Shown piece after piece: positions 1 to 13,076 of a stretch of 64,000 nucleotides of DNA; position 1 is the stretch's first letter; each line of letters starts with the position of its first letter. Position numbers and translations under genes: made by a program. This stretch comes from Antechinus flavipes (lineage: Eukaryota): the NCBI RefSeq assembly GCF_016432865.1, contig NC_067400.1, forward strand, positions 572,012,001-572,076,000, in the 5' to 3' direction. The notes beneath the pieces are model-generated. The model was given only the letters and a program-made list of their open reading frames with translations. It ran no database searches and had not been told where the DNA came from.

Positions 1-3000
1 CACGATGATCTGAAGAAATGCCTGGATTTTTTGCCTTTCTCATACCAAATACTAGACTTTTCAGTACTCCCAGGTTCTTTTCTTTGCCCATCCTGGGCAA
101 TCGGGGGGGGGTGGGGGGAGAAGGGTCTCCTGGACCAGGCCAGACTGCTTTTGCGTTTTCCAGCCTTTGGGGGCTGGGAACACAACTGGATAATCTAAAA
201 TATAATTAGTTTTACTATGGGATTTTCTTCTTTGCTCCGTCAGGTCAAATGCAGGTACTGTTTTCTCAGTTAAAAATAAAAATGGCAGGCTAGTGAAGCA
301 GGAAAATCCCTTTTTCCCAAGTATCCATGTTCTTCTGCCATTAGCCCTCATTCCAGGTGTTCCAGAGACAGATATTTGACTGTGCTTAAGTCACAAGTGA
401 CTGTTCACCACAGCACTGTTCTCATTCTAGGCTCTAAAAGTAGGAACTCTTTTATTTTCTTAGTTAAGTAGTAAAAAGACCTGCCTCTTCCCCCACCAAA
501 GATAACTACAGTTAGCATGCTATCCAGATTGTTCGGTATTCAGAAATGTTAACTCTTGGGAATGAGCTGATAAATATTTGTATTTTCCACTGTGGGCTCA
601 TTCTAAAATCTATAAATTCCAACCTCAAAAGATGAGAGAATTGCAGGTTAGTCTCATTTAGTAATGGTTGTGATAGTTTGTTGAGGACCCACTAACCGAA
701 AAAGGGAATAATTACAGGCCCCTAATCTCTACGAATTTGCATCTTCTTGTTGATGCAGTAAGACCTACTGGCTGTTTGGGGGAGGCTGCTTCTCATATTA
801 GCTGGTATAGAACTCTAATGGCAGTTCCTGCCAATGAACTGTTTCCAGTTATTCCAGTTATTGGATACAGCCACAACTTTATTCTCTAACCTTGATCTTG
901 AGAAGGTAGGTGGCCTTTCTGGTAAGTAGATCCAGATCTAGACCCACTTTCTTCTTTCTCTTGGGATGTTCCTCTATCCCTTCCTCATCTTTGTTCATTT
1001 CTGTGAGGCTTCAGAATCCCCAGTTCTCTCCTCCTCTTCCTGATCTCTTGGTTCACTGACCTTTCTTTCCCTTTCCGGTCCTGGTTTCCCTTCATACTTT
1101 TGTTCAGGACATACTATTTACTCCTCCCACTTCTATTTGCTGCTAACTAGCAAAGAAGCTCCATCTCTCTCTTCCATCTGTCCCCACAGATTCCCTTAGC
1201 TTCAGGTTACCTCAGACATTTGTTCCTTTATGTTTCAATGGGGAGGTCTTCACTCCACAGCTGACTCTTCCAAGGTATCACTTCCTACATTAGCTTTTTT
1301 TAAAAGTGGATATAATTTATTGAATTTAACACAAGCCTCATTACCATAATTGGTTGGAGACTTAACTACTTGTTAAAGGCATATTTTGTTTCCTAAATTC
1401 AAGCACTTGAATTAATTCATTTCTTCTCATTAATACATTTTTTTCAAATGAAGTTGAGTTTACTCAGATTTTCCCTTTGTAATTATTTAGCTTCTCCAGT
1501 CCTCTCCTTCCTTTTCCCATCCCCTCCCCCATGGCTCTTGTCTGTTTCTGACTCTGGCTCAACCCCAGAATCTACTTTTCTTAAGCCACATCCTTTTTCC
1601 TGCTTTAATCATTTCATGTCTCAGCTCCTTTGAATCCCATGATTCTGATATTTTCAGAAGGAGATTGGATAAATTAAAAGGCTAAATCCAGTAAATGTAG
1701 TTCTCACTGGTCAACCCCATGTGACTGTCTTTTATTTATCCTGAATGTTTTTGAAGATGGTACAGCGATTCTCTTTTTGTCTTAAATGTGCCCTTCTTCC
1801 TTAGGAGTATCTATCAGATTGTGTGAAAGCCACAATCACTGGATCACACCCAGACTGACCACACCCACCTATCTGCTTTGCCCTCTACTCCTAAAAAAAG
1901 GCATTCCCAATCACCAGGCTCCCACATCTGGGTATCTTGAGAATAGATAGTTCTCATTCTGGTTGAGAGTACTTCTCATTGGCTGTACTGCTGTGTGGCT
2001 CAGTGATTATGACCTTTTTTTCATTCTTTTCTTAGGTAAATCTAAATGTAGGCAAGTTAATATATTTTTTAAAATGTTAAATGTTCAAGCCGTTGCAGAA
2101 TGCCTATGCTGACCTGGGCCTTCCCGCTCAAAAGGCCTCTTCAAGAACTTAGCACACAAATACCTGTGTTGGCATTGGCAGTAGGAAAACAGAAATAGGG
2201 AACCTTTAAAATGGTGTCTTGTACCTTACCTACATTCCATCTGTTTTGTGCCTGTTTTCTCAACTGGAAAACAGGAGAGGATGGTTCCTGCCAGTAGGAG
2301 AACTTTGGAGAGACACCACAGGCTTCCCAGTGGTGTATAGGAAATACCATGTGACTGCCCTACTGCAGCTTTTACTTTAGTGCCTATTCACTCACTACCC
2401 CACCGATCCTAGCACCACAGTGACAGAAAGACTATGGAAGTACTAACTGCCATCCCGACACCTCAACTTTGGGATGTGCAGGTGTTCCCAGAAACCTTTA
2501 TGCTTGTGCCAGGGTATAATAATTGCCGTTAGCACTTTATTTACAAAGTTCAGGAATAAGCACTTAAAGGAAAAGGGCTTCTACAAAAGGAGATTTGGTT
2601 TTAAATTGCTTTCCTGACTTTTAATTGAAGTTTCAATTTATTGAACCAATTGGGGAAGATTTAAACATTTTTATTTCTGTAAAAAATGTATTCTTGATAA
2701 TCACCACATCTCAGACAGGTACCCTTTAAGGCAGTTCATGTGTTTTAAAAAGCAGCACTCTATTTTGGTTGGTCTTTAAATTGATTTCACAGTTACTTCA
2801 TAAAACTAACTCGGTTAATTTGTTTGCTAGCACTAATTGAGGCAGGTATTTGTGGAGTCATTGGGGAAGTGAACTGTTACTAATTCAGCAGGTTTAATCA
2901 TGGGTATTTTGGGAATATTTTCACTAATTCATTAGGAAAATGTAACTGTCAGTGGACTCCAAACTAGAAAACATTTTAGAGATTTTTTTTACATAGCTAT

Positions 3001-6000
3001 AATAATAATTTTAGGTATTTGGGATTTTCTTCAATAGTAACTTTATACAGTAAACTTGATTATCTAACATGATTATAAATTATTCCAGTTGATAAAGAGT
3101 TATATTGTACACAGATCACCGTAGAAGGTAGGATACAATAAAACATTCACTGTGTAATCAAACATATTTATGTAGTTTTAGATTTAAATAATTCTTTTAA
3201 TGAGCTCAACATGAAAAATCTAAGACTGGGTTATGTAGCAAACCATATTCTTTCCCTTTCAATTTATTCATAAACTGGTAAAAGGAACATGAGATTTCTT
3301 GAAAAAGAAATTATTTATAAATTTAGACTCCACCACAAGAAAATAGAATTTTCTACTTTTAAAAGCTAACTTCGCATTTTCATTTTCTCAGATGAATCCA
3401 GGTAGATAAGAGATTTGGACTAGTTCACTGGTTGTGCTGTTTCTTAAATAGAGATGATTTAGAATGTTGGGGCCAGAGTCAACTCTTGTACCAGTTGTTA
3501 AGGTTTCTGGTATATTGAAATAGAATTTATCCTCAACTATAGAATTAACTCTTAAGAACTATTTGCAGGCCATTTTTCTTTTAAAAAGTTTTAATAAATT
3601 CCATAATCTTGCTATACAATTTGACATTTCAATCACCCTTCTTAAATTTTTGGCATATTTTAATATACCAATATAATATAAAACACATATTAATGTGTAT
3701 TTCTTTAAAGCTATTTAAAGGGGTTTAAATTTCTAAAGATTTAATTTTGGGAAAAAACATTTTCTCATCCATTCTGGGGCACATCCACCAGAAAACCTCT
3801 TTTCTGTCAGTCTTATTAGTGTTCTACCAATAGCCTAGAGGGGAGGCAGTTGGGCTGAGAGCTTTGTGAGAAAACAATTATGGGAAAGAAGAGGGAGGAG
3901 AGGGAAATGTTTCTAAGGAACTGAGGTTATCATTAAGTCCTTATTTGTCAGGCCAGTGTTTTCCAGAGACATGACTCTAGAGACTGCTCACTGAATCCTA
4001 AACTAATAGCATCCACTCTATCCTGGTTTAAGTCAGAGTCATCTTGCCTCAATATCCTTGCTTCAAGAAATGTGTTATAGATAACAATGGCTGCCGTTTT
4101 ATGACATCAACTTCAAATATTATCTGTATATCCCAAATATCCCTAGCATTCTTGGGATGATACTGTCATTGTGGAAACCCTTTGAAGTTTTTTCAGATTG
4201 TACCACTTTGAAAGAGTAATGAGTTGTCAGACTTTGAATGTTGTGTAAAGTAACCCATTTGAAATAAGCTGCCTGTTTCAAACTAGTTGAACTTTTTGAA
4301 GCCTTGTTTATTTGGAATTTCAAGATCTAGTGAAAAGTACTACGGCCACCTTCCATCCCCTTTATTTTACTTATAAAAGTCTTATTTGTTCTCAGCCTTT
4401 TCTTCTCAGAATAAAAAGTCCCCGTCCCACCTGTTTTTTGGGAGGAATTGCAGATAAGAGGGGTGGATAGTCCAATCAAAAAATAAAATCCATTTGTCTT
4501 TTGTGTTCTAGCACAAAGATTAGGGGTAAATATGGATAGTGAGAAATTTGTGACTGCTTTGGTTCCCTCATGCCAGTTGGTTTAAAAGTTTGTAATTGGC
4601 ACAGGATAAACAATCAGTAAATATTTGCTGAATGAAAGATTTGACTTGAAACTTTCTTTGATTTATCTTTATAGAAGTGGGGGAAATTGCATTATAATTA
4701 GCCAGATAGAATATGAAACTCTGCAAACTGAGTCCTGAAAGGAAAAGACTAGGAGTAAAATCAGAATTGGAAGGCTTGGAGCATTGTGCAATGAAAAGTG
4801 TCAGATTTGAAGACAAAGGATTTTAGGTTCAAATCCCTATACATCTCGGGCCTTATTGTCCTTATCTATAAAGTGAGTGACCCCTTGCAGCTCTGTGATC
4901 CCAGATAGAGGCCTTTTTGCTCACTCCCTGGTACACAGCCCAGTTCTCTCCATTGCGCAGCCTCTGAAAGACCAATCTGCCTTTGTATGGGGCCTCAGCC
5001 CAGCATGCTCAATAAAGAGCATTTATTAAGGACTTGCTTGTATGCCAGGCACTGTAATGGAAAGATCATCAGATCTAGAGGCAATAGATTTGAATCCAGA
5101 TGGCTCAGGGACAAGTCACCTACCCTGGGAACCTCACTTTCCTTAGCTATAAAATGAAGATAAGTATAGACCATTGTGAGAATAGTTTGTGGTTAAAAAA
5201 AAAAATAAAAGTGTTATAAAAATGTGGGCCTTGTCACATGAGGCCTTTGATTCCTCCAGAGCACCCTTGGCTCCATCTTAAGAGAAGAACTAGAAACCAT
5301 CCCCTGTAAACATCATTAAGTATCATGGGATCAGGTTTGGGAAGACATGGGTAGTCATGGTATTTTGTGAACCATTTCCCTATTCTTCTGCAACTATGAT
5401 GATGCTTTGCTTTGCTTTTGCCTATCACTCCAACAATAGCCTTTGTTGTTACTATTACTGAGTTTGATGTGGGGAACTCCAGTTAGGGTAAAAGCCCCAA
5501 TTTTAGAGCTGAGGCTGTGAGCAGGAAGCAGTCTGCAGCTGTTTGGAAGCCCTCCATTGCTTTTCTTGTTCTGGCCAGCACATGGAGAGAGTCTGTTCGC
5601 CCCATTGATTTCTTCTCTCCCTAGTACATACAGAAGCCTGAAAACCTTCACTGCTTACAGTTTGGCTGGTCTACTCATCATTGGGAAGAAGCCAACGGGC
5701 AGCTTCTCATTCCCTTTCCCTGTGCCCTGAGGGGCTGCATGAAAGGCAGCTGTATGGTAATTGGGAGAAGGGGGGCTGCAGCTCTGACTGCTCAGCTCTC
5801 TCTTGTCTCCAGCACTTGGGCCTCTGAAACGTGGAGCATCAGTTCTCCTGTAGTTTGGCCGGTTCCCCTTATCTGAGAAGAATTGGCAGGGCTTTTAAGA
5901 TTTATTGGATATAAAGCTCTAGTCCTCATTCTGATTTTAAAGGATGCATCACTTAGGTTTCAAAATAACTGAGTAGTGTTGGAATAACTTATTTAGAGCT

Positions 6001-6989
6001 TTAAAGATATTAAGCATTTCTGCCCCTTTCAGGGTAAAGAGAATGCAAGTCAGCCTGGCTTTAGTTGACATCCAGCTATAGATTCTAGTAATAACTTGGT
6101 AATGGTGGCATCTTTTAAGTACTCTGCAAATAGGATGACTTAGAGTGACTATCAACTTGTTCACTGCCAAAGTTGTAAATGATAGCTCACATCTATAGAG
6201 GACTGATGTTCTTTTGTGACCCCTCCTCTTTGTCACACTAGATACTGTCTTATTAGAATGTATCTTTGAATGGTGGAGGGTATTCTTTCCAAGTACAGGA
6301 ATTTCAGTCCCTTCATCCTGTCAAAATGAGCAGTAGCTTGGGGATTTTACTTCTGAATATCTTGTTTCTTCATATCCAGATCCCACAAAAGTAACATTCA
6401 GCTGAGGTTCCTTAAATCAGGTCTTTTCCCCACCTCCCCATCTACCAACCACTATCTGGAGCCTCTCTTTTGAATCACTAGACCTAATTCACTAAGTGAA
6501 GCCTCAGATCTCCTTCTCCCCTGTCCCGGGCTGCTTCTAGATGATAAACCCTGGTATTTCTGTCTTATAATATTTAATTACTTTGCCTAAAAAAACACCT
6601 TATTTCTAAAATTGAGACCTCAGGGTCCCCTTCCTGTCTGTTTTTCCTAAGCCTTTCCCCAGTCACCATAGTTACAGATGAAGATTCTGTTTCCCACATC
6701 TATAGCAAACCTTGGTGTCCTATCCCTTACCCTTACAGGTTACTCAGACTCCATCTTCCCTGTTAATTGGACCGACAACCTCAAACTGCTGCAGTTTCCC
6801 ATGATAGTCATTAAGTTTTTCTGAACTGTGGTAGGTAGTGTCAGAGCTGAAATTGGAGCCCAGGTTCAAGCCTGAAGAACAAAACTGTTAGGATCTATGC
6901 GATTCATTTAAATGGCTCTTAAATGAAATAAATTGTGGATTTCCCTGCTTTACCCCAAAGGTCAGAAGTAAGAGCAACTGAGCTAAATT

Positions 6990-7915
6990 AGTACCAGCCC
7001 TATGGCCTCTGCTTGGAGGATCATTATGATGTTGAAATACAAAGTAAATACTGAGTAACTCAGTGAGACTACACTGAGTCCTCGAGGCAGATCAGTAAAG
7101 GTTTCCTTCCTGATGAAGTGGCACTTGGTTTAGCTTTGAAGAAAAGGGATTGCAGTTATTGGAGGTGAGAGCATTTGGAGGCTTGGGGACCAGTCCTATT
7201 CAAAAATGAAGAGGCAGAGGATATAATGCCATGTATGGGGAACTGTAGTACATCTGTGTGACTGAAATTTAGTACATGAAGGAAAATAGAGGCTGGTGTC
7301 AGATTAGGAAGAGTTTTAAATACAGAACTGCATTTTTTTTTTTTTAATCTCACACATAATAGCCATGGAACCCTCTCAAAGCAGGAGAGTTGACATTATT
7401 GCATCTTTCTTTTAGGAAAGGTACAAATGAATGTGACAAATGTGTGGACTAAACTAGATCACATGCCCTGGAAAGGAATCCACAGGCCAGCTAGTCTATG
7501 TGGGCAGACCAAGGATGACACTTTGCAGCAGGCCCAAGGAGAGGTTATAAAGACTTGAATTGTAGTGGTAGTCTATCAGTAGGGAGAGGAGAATGTGGGC
7601 AGGCCAGCATTGACAATATGTTTCAAATGACAGAATATGGCAAGTGAAAGGCCAAGAAGATTCCAAGATTATGAATTTGAGTGACATGTGCCCTCGGTAA
7701 TAATAGGGAAGTTTGGAAGAGAAATAAGTATGAACAGTGAGTTAGAAAGTTAATGTCTTACATTTGGGTCATCTTGAATTTGAGATGTCTATGGGATATC
7801 CCAAGTAGAGGTGTCTAGAAGGCATTCTTTGTTGGAAGAGTAGAGCTCACGAGACAGAAGATTTGAAAATACACAGATGATTATAAAGCCTTCATGAGTA
7901 CAAATGATACAGTCA
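6990..7915 (-). mobile_element. L2 LINE fragment
   Basis: Purine-rich, degenerate L2-like sequence in antisense orientation. Confidence 0.6.
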
Positions 7916-7934
7916 AAAGAGTGTCAGATTTTTA

Positions 7935-8140
7935 ATTTTTGTGTCTTGGATCCTTTTGGCATTCTAGTAAGACCTATGGAGCCCTTTCTCAGAATAATGT
8001 TTTAGCTTTTACAAAATTCCTAAAGGAAGGAAATGATCAGTTACAAAGTTTAGTGAAAATTACCTTTTTTTTTTTTCCCCGTCCCAGTTCCCAGATCCTT
8101 GAACTGTTATCTGTGAGCCTGAGTTAGAAACCTCTAGTAT
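7935..8140 (+). mobile_element. Marsupial dispersed MER-type repeat (likely non-autonomous DNA transposon); related copies at ~12295-12520, ~38060-38520 and ~63085-63305 (-)
   Basis: Shared core ttgtgtc(a/c/t)tggac...tttggcagtctggt.aagcctatgga...tctcagaataat seen in four places in the window. Confidence 0.65.
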
Positions 8141-10404
8141 TCCCAGACAGTAGCCCATGGGGCACTTCTGAAAAGACAAAGAGAATTATCTTAGAATGGT
8201 GAGTTTTACAAGAGACTCTTTTTATAGATGAGAAAGATCAGTCTCATACAGATGACTTTTAAGCTATTAATGACAGAAACAGAACTATAATTTCAGTCAC
8301 TTTTTCTGGATGCCTGGCCATTACTAGGCCGTGCCTTTTGCTCTTTCATCTCATGGAAGTAGGTAGGACAATCCCCTGCTCCTTTTGAGCACATAGCATT
8401 AACCATTCTTTTCTTTTTTTTTTTTTCCCCCAGCATGTGCAACACTTTGCATGTGCCCCATTTAAGCTTAGACTATAGGACAGTTACTTGTGAACTTTAC
8501 TGTTGCTTTTCCTGTCCACATGTTAATGAGCTAGCTTAGCTGAGATGCAGTAAATATAACTTCAGTGCCAAGAGCTATGAGTGAGTTCTGTGTCCTACAT
8601 AGGGATCCTTGTTTTATCATTTGAACAGTCAGCTCCAGACAAATGATCCCCATTATGCATCCTTATAGTATCTTTTGTTCATAGTACTATCTACCTTGCC
8701 CCTATCTCTAGCCTAACAAGGGCTTCAAGAAACCTTTTAAGTCAGAAGATTGAACTGTTCTCATGACCTACAAAAGTGAGAACCAGAAATAGAGCAAGTC
8801 AAGGGAGGACGTTCTCCTTGAGCTGATATTTTGCATCTCTCTGAGTGGTGCTTTCTATTCTCTGAGGGGGAGTAGAATGAGAAATCTGGACCTCTTCCCA
8901 GTTTCTCTGGAATAAAACCTTTCACAGTAACTTTTTTTAAAAAATGATGAAAATGGTATGGTGCAATCAGAAGCATCCATAAGCAAATGTTAGTACTGAA
9001 ATACATTGTAAAGTGATTAGAAGGAAGCATCATCCTTGTCTCAGCCATCAGGTATCTCCGCACGCCCAAACAGTTCTAATTTTATAATACTTTAGAGTTT
9101 ACAAAGCTGTTTTTTTTCCTACAATAATCCCACAAGGTAGATAGTGACAATATTACTATCCCCAAAGCTTGGGGAAGTTAAATATCTTGCCATAAAATGA
9201 CTGCAAGGGAGAGATTTAAACCTTGGTTTCTTGTTTCCCAAGTTAAGTACTCTATGCACTAAAATTGTCTCATGTTAAATAAATGCCATTAATTTCTCCT
9301 TCAGCACAAATTCTAAAGTGGGATTTTCTTTAGTGAGACTTTCGTCTTAGCCCCATAGGCTGTATAGTTTATAAATTATCAGTTTGGAGCTTGGAGGCAG
9401 TGACACCTACTGGCTCCTAATGGACAGAATGACTGTAAACATATGCAGTGAGGAAGTGTCTAGCTTAAGGGACCTCAGTTGTAACTTCCAGCTCCAGACT
9501 GCATTGCCCTCTGTCGGAAACATAGCACTACAAGGGGAGGAAATGGGCCAAAGATGCTTAAACAAGTTATCTATCTAGCTGAAGGTATTCCCACAGAAGA
9601 CAGCTATCTAACTTAACAGTCCCTAAGTCATTAGGGAGGTCTTGAGTTTCTGTATCTGTCTTCTACCAGCATATAAGAGCAACAAGTTGTCCTTGGATCA
9701 GATTGGGAGGCTTGGAAAAAAATTAACATAATCTCATTATGCTGAGCTTATCAGAGGGCAAGGTTGTATGTGGTATTCTACAAATAGTCCCAACTATCTT
9801 TGTTAAGAACAGGTAAGGAATTGACTTCTAGGATGACCACACAGAAAAGCAACTCCAGACCTTGATAGGACCACATAATGCCCTGTCATGGCAGTATTGT
9901 GACAGATTGCACAGTATTTTAGAACCTTGGTTCAAATCTGTCCTTTCCCTAAAAGTTCCTTATATATGTAAAATGGAAACATTACTTAGGTTGTGAGAGT
10001 CAAATGAGAATGTATGTGAACCACTTTTCAGAGTAAAGTGATTGTTTCAGTGTTTTTAAAGTAGTGAGGTTGCCTCATCTGCTCAGCCTCTCTAGTCCTT
10101 TATTCTTTTCCCAAGAGCCAAACTCTACCTCTAGTCAAGGGTTGAAGGCCCCCGGCCCCTGAGCTAGTCATGGAGTTCTAGCATCCTCAGATATCAGAGA
10201 GACCATCGAGACTCCCCATCCTTGATTAGAGAAGGAAATTTAGAACCACTCACTGCCATACAGTGAGTAAAATAGCTAGGATTAGAACACACATCTTCTG
10301 ACATTGGACCAGTATTGGGCTGCATAAGGAATGTAGCATTGGGCATCATTCCTCTTAATATTTGCCCTCTATTAGAATAGTTTGGTGGCACAAAGGATCA
10401 AGCA

Positions 10405-10630
10405 TCATCAGGCCTGGAGTCAGGAAGATCTGAGTTCAGACCTCAGTGACTTAACAGCCGGCCTTGGACAAGTGTCGTAATTTCTGTCTGCCTTGGTTTC
10501 ATCATCTGTAAAATGGGAGTTTTAAAAAAAAAACCCTTTTGTAGGGCTGTTATGAAATAACAGTTGTGAAGTGCTTAGTATAATGCCAGGTATACAATAA
10601 AGTCCTATATAAATGTTATCTATTATTATT
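10405..10630 (+). mobile_element. MIR/CORE-SINE
   Basis: gagttca B-box remnant, CORE segment ctgtaaaatggg, L2-like tail. Confidence 0.75.
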
Positions 10631-13054
10631 ATGATTAGGATTTAAGAATCTTTTATGTCCTTAAGGAATGATTTCTGTGATTTACATCTGAGATGAGAGA
10701 CAGCAAGAGTAGAAGTGTCTTAATAAGGTTAGAGGAAACCATATTAAGGAAAGTAGTAGCTGTTTTGGAACCTAGATAAATTCTGTCAGGGGTAATGAGA
10801 ATGTTAGGAGTGGTCTCAATCCTTGTAAATAGGGTAAAATGATTTAAATCATTAAATAGGAAGACTCAATTTGGAAATAGGTCTAGCTTTCATTTTTAGA
10901 AGACACAATATTTTAAAGTTGCTGCTTATTTTTACAGATTTAAAGGCTTTCCAGATCAACCTTAATAGTTAGACTGCACCTCCATTTTAAATGCTAATAA
11001 GAAAACTGAGGTCCAAAGAGAAAAAGATATACTGTGTGATTTGCCAAAGGTCACAAATGCAGTAAATTGTGGAGGTCATATTCAAACTTGGGTCCTTACT
11101 CCCCAAATGCAATGCTTTCTCCATTGGTGTTCTTTCAGATTTATTTAAAATTTTTTTTTCTGTTTTGGTCTTTCTCTGTCATATTAAATGAAGCAGAAAG
11201 TTCCAAAGTTATTGTGTGATGACCCATTTCCAGTTCAAGTCACTCATGAATTAGTTTGGGAAATATTTTAACCAAGGATATATTTGGACAGCAATATAAA
11301 ATACAGCAGTTACAAAAACTAAAACCATACTTTACATTCTCAGTATTTTTCCTTGGACTATTATAATTAAATGAAGCAGATTTTAAAGTTTTTAACAGTT
11401 TTCAATATATATGCAAAGTATAGGGCTTTAAAAAGCAAAATCAGCATGAGAAACTTAAAATATGACGGGTTTTTTGGATAACTTAATATTTCTCTACTAA
11501 AAATTTTTATCAGAAGAAAAATATGCTTCAGTGGGAATTATTATACTCTTTAAAGCTATTTTTCTGTATTCTTAAATGAATCCAAACTAACTTTTGCCAA
11601 TTTATTAATGTAACCTTGGGGAAAAAAATCTTATCAGCAAAAACCTTTTCCTTGGCTAATTCTCCCTTAACCCTGAATTTCTCATAGGTAGTATAAAAAT
11701 GATGATTGCTGGCTGCTTCTGTTACAGCCAAATGCTTTACCAGTAAAGTATTGAGAATACTGGCAATCAGTCAAAATAGGCCTTAAATTTTGTTATATCA
11801 TCTTCTACGAATCAGGGCTGCATGAATAGAAACTGAGAATTTCTGCTTTATGATAATAATTTAGTTTTTTTGCTTTTGTAAAAAGTCCTATACTACCTTT
11901 TAAACTTGATTTCACTTAGTTTTGTTTCTTAATTATTTGAATGATCCCTGGTTATAAGTATTTGACATTTATTCGATTTCCATCATAGGGATTTAGACTA
12001 GCCTGGGTCAATGGTAATCTAGAATTTTGATAGGCTCCCGGAGGCAAGAACTGTTTTGATTTGTTTTTTAATCTATTATTTCTTGGATATAGTAGGTAAT
12101 GATGGTTCCCAAGTATTTTTATTATTATTTTTTATTATTATTAAAAGTGGGGTAGCTATGGAAGTAGAATTGGTTGTCTTTAAAATGATAAAAGTTTACT
12201 GAGGTAAAAATATTTGGAGGAAAAGTGATCAGTAGAGATATATCACTTGTTGGGTTTAGGTTAAATGAAATTCATCTAATCAGGATTTGGACTAAATGAG
12301 AGCTCCCAAATCTTTTTGTGTCCTGGACCCCTTGGGCAGTCTGTTGAAGCCTATGAACCTTTTTATCAGAATCGTGTTTTTATATGCATAAGATGAAATG
12401 CAAAGAATTCCAAAGAAAACCAGAAGTTAGAGAAGATAAAAAGTGTTTTTTTTTTTTTCCTCAACTAAGTTGATAGATTTCTTTTATCCATCTCTTTGGG
12501 ACTCCAAGAACCCCCAGACTAAATGATCTTTAAGTTTCTTTCCAACTCTCTAGGATTTTGTTTTTCTCTAGTTTATTGGAAGAAAGAGTGAGAATCCATA
12601 GAAATCTAGTGTTCATGAAGGTAGCATTTAGCAGAGAGATAGAAAGCTATGGATTAGGCAGGAACTTTGGCCAGATTATGGTTTGGGTTGTCATTTTGTC
12701 TCTTAAATTGGTTAAATGTTCCCTTTTGATCAGAATGGTTTTTGTACTTGACTGCCCTAGATCATAAACTCCTGTTAAAGTGTTCTGAATATAGGACCAC
12801 TGCAAAGGGCTATTTTTCAGGAGCTATTAGAGAATTTCATAGTTGATTCCCCTTTTAGGGAGGCATGAATGATGAGGATACCTCCTACTGCTTAGGTGAA
12901 TAAGCTAGTCTCCAGCCCTCTTATCCTAGAAAAAGACAGGCACATTTTTGTCAGCATCCTTTCCCTTTGACCCAACTTTGTCCCGTGTACATGTCTGTCC
13001 AGGCCTCTGGTTCTGATCCCTCCTTCTTGTGTCTTCATATTTCCCCTGCTACAG

Positions 13055-13076
13055 AGACAGGTAAGGGCATTGTTTA
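13055..13076 (+). CDS. PHC2: PHC2 exon (HD1-containing), first 22 nt only; remainder lost in N gap
   Basis: Polypyrimidine tract + CAG (13021-13054), then (G)AG ACA GGT AAG GGC ATT GTT = (E)TGKGIV, matching eutherian PHC2 ETGQGIVHAL as recalled. The gap starts at 13077. The expected ~200-nt exon ending GAEPFP fits in the 220-N gap. Confidence 0.8.
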
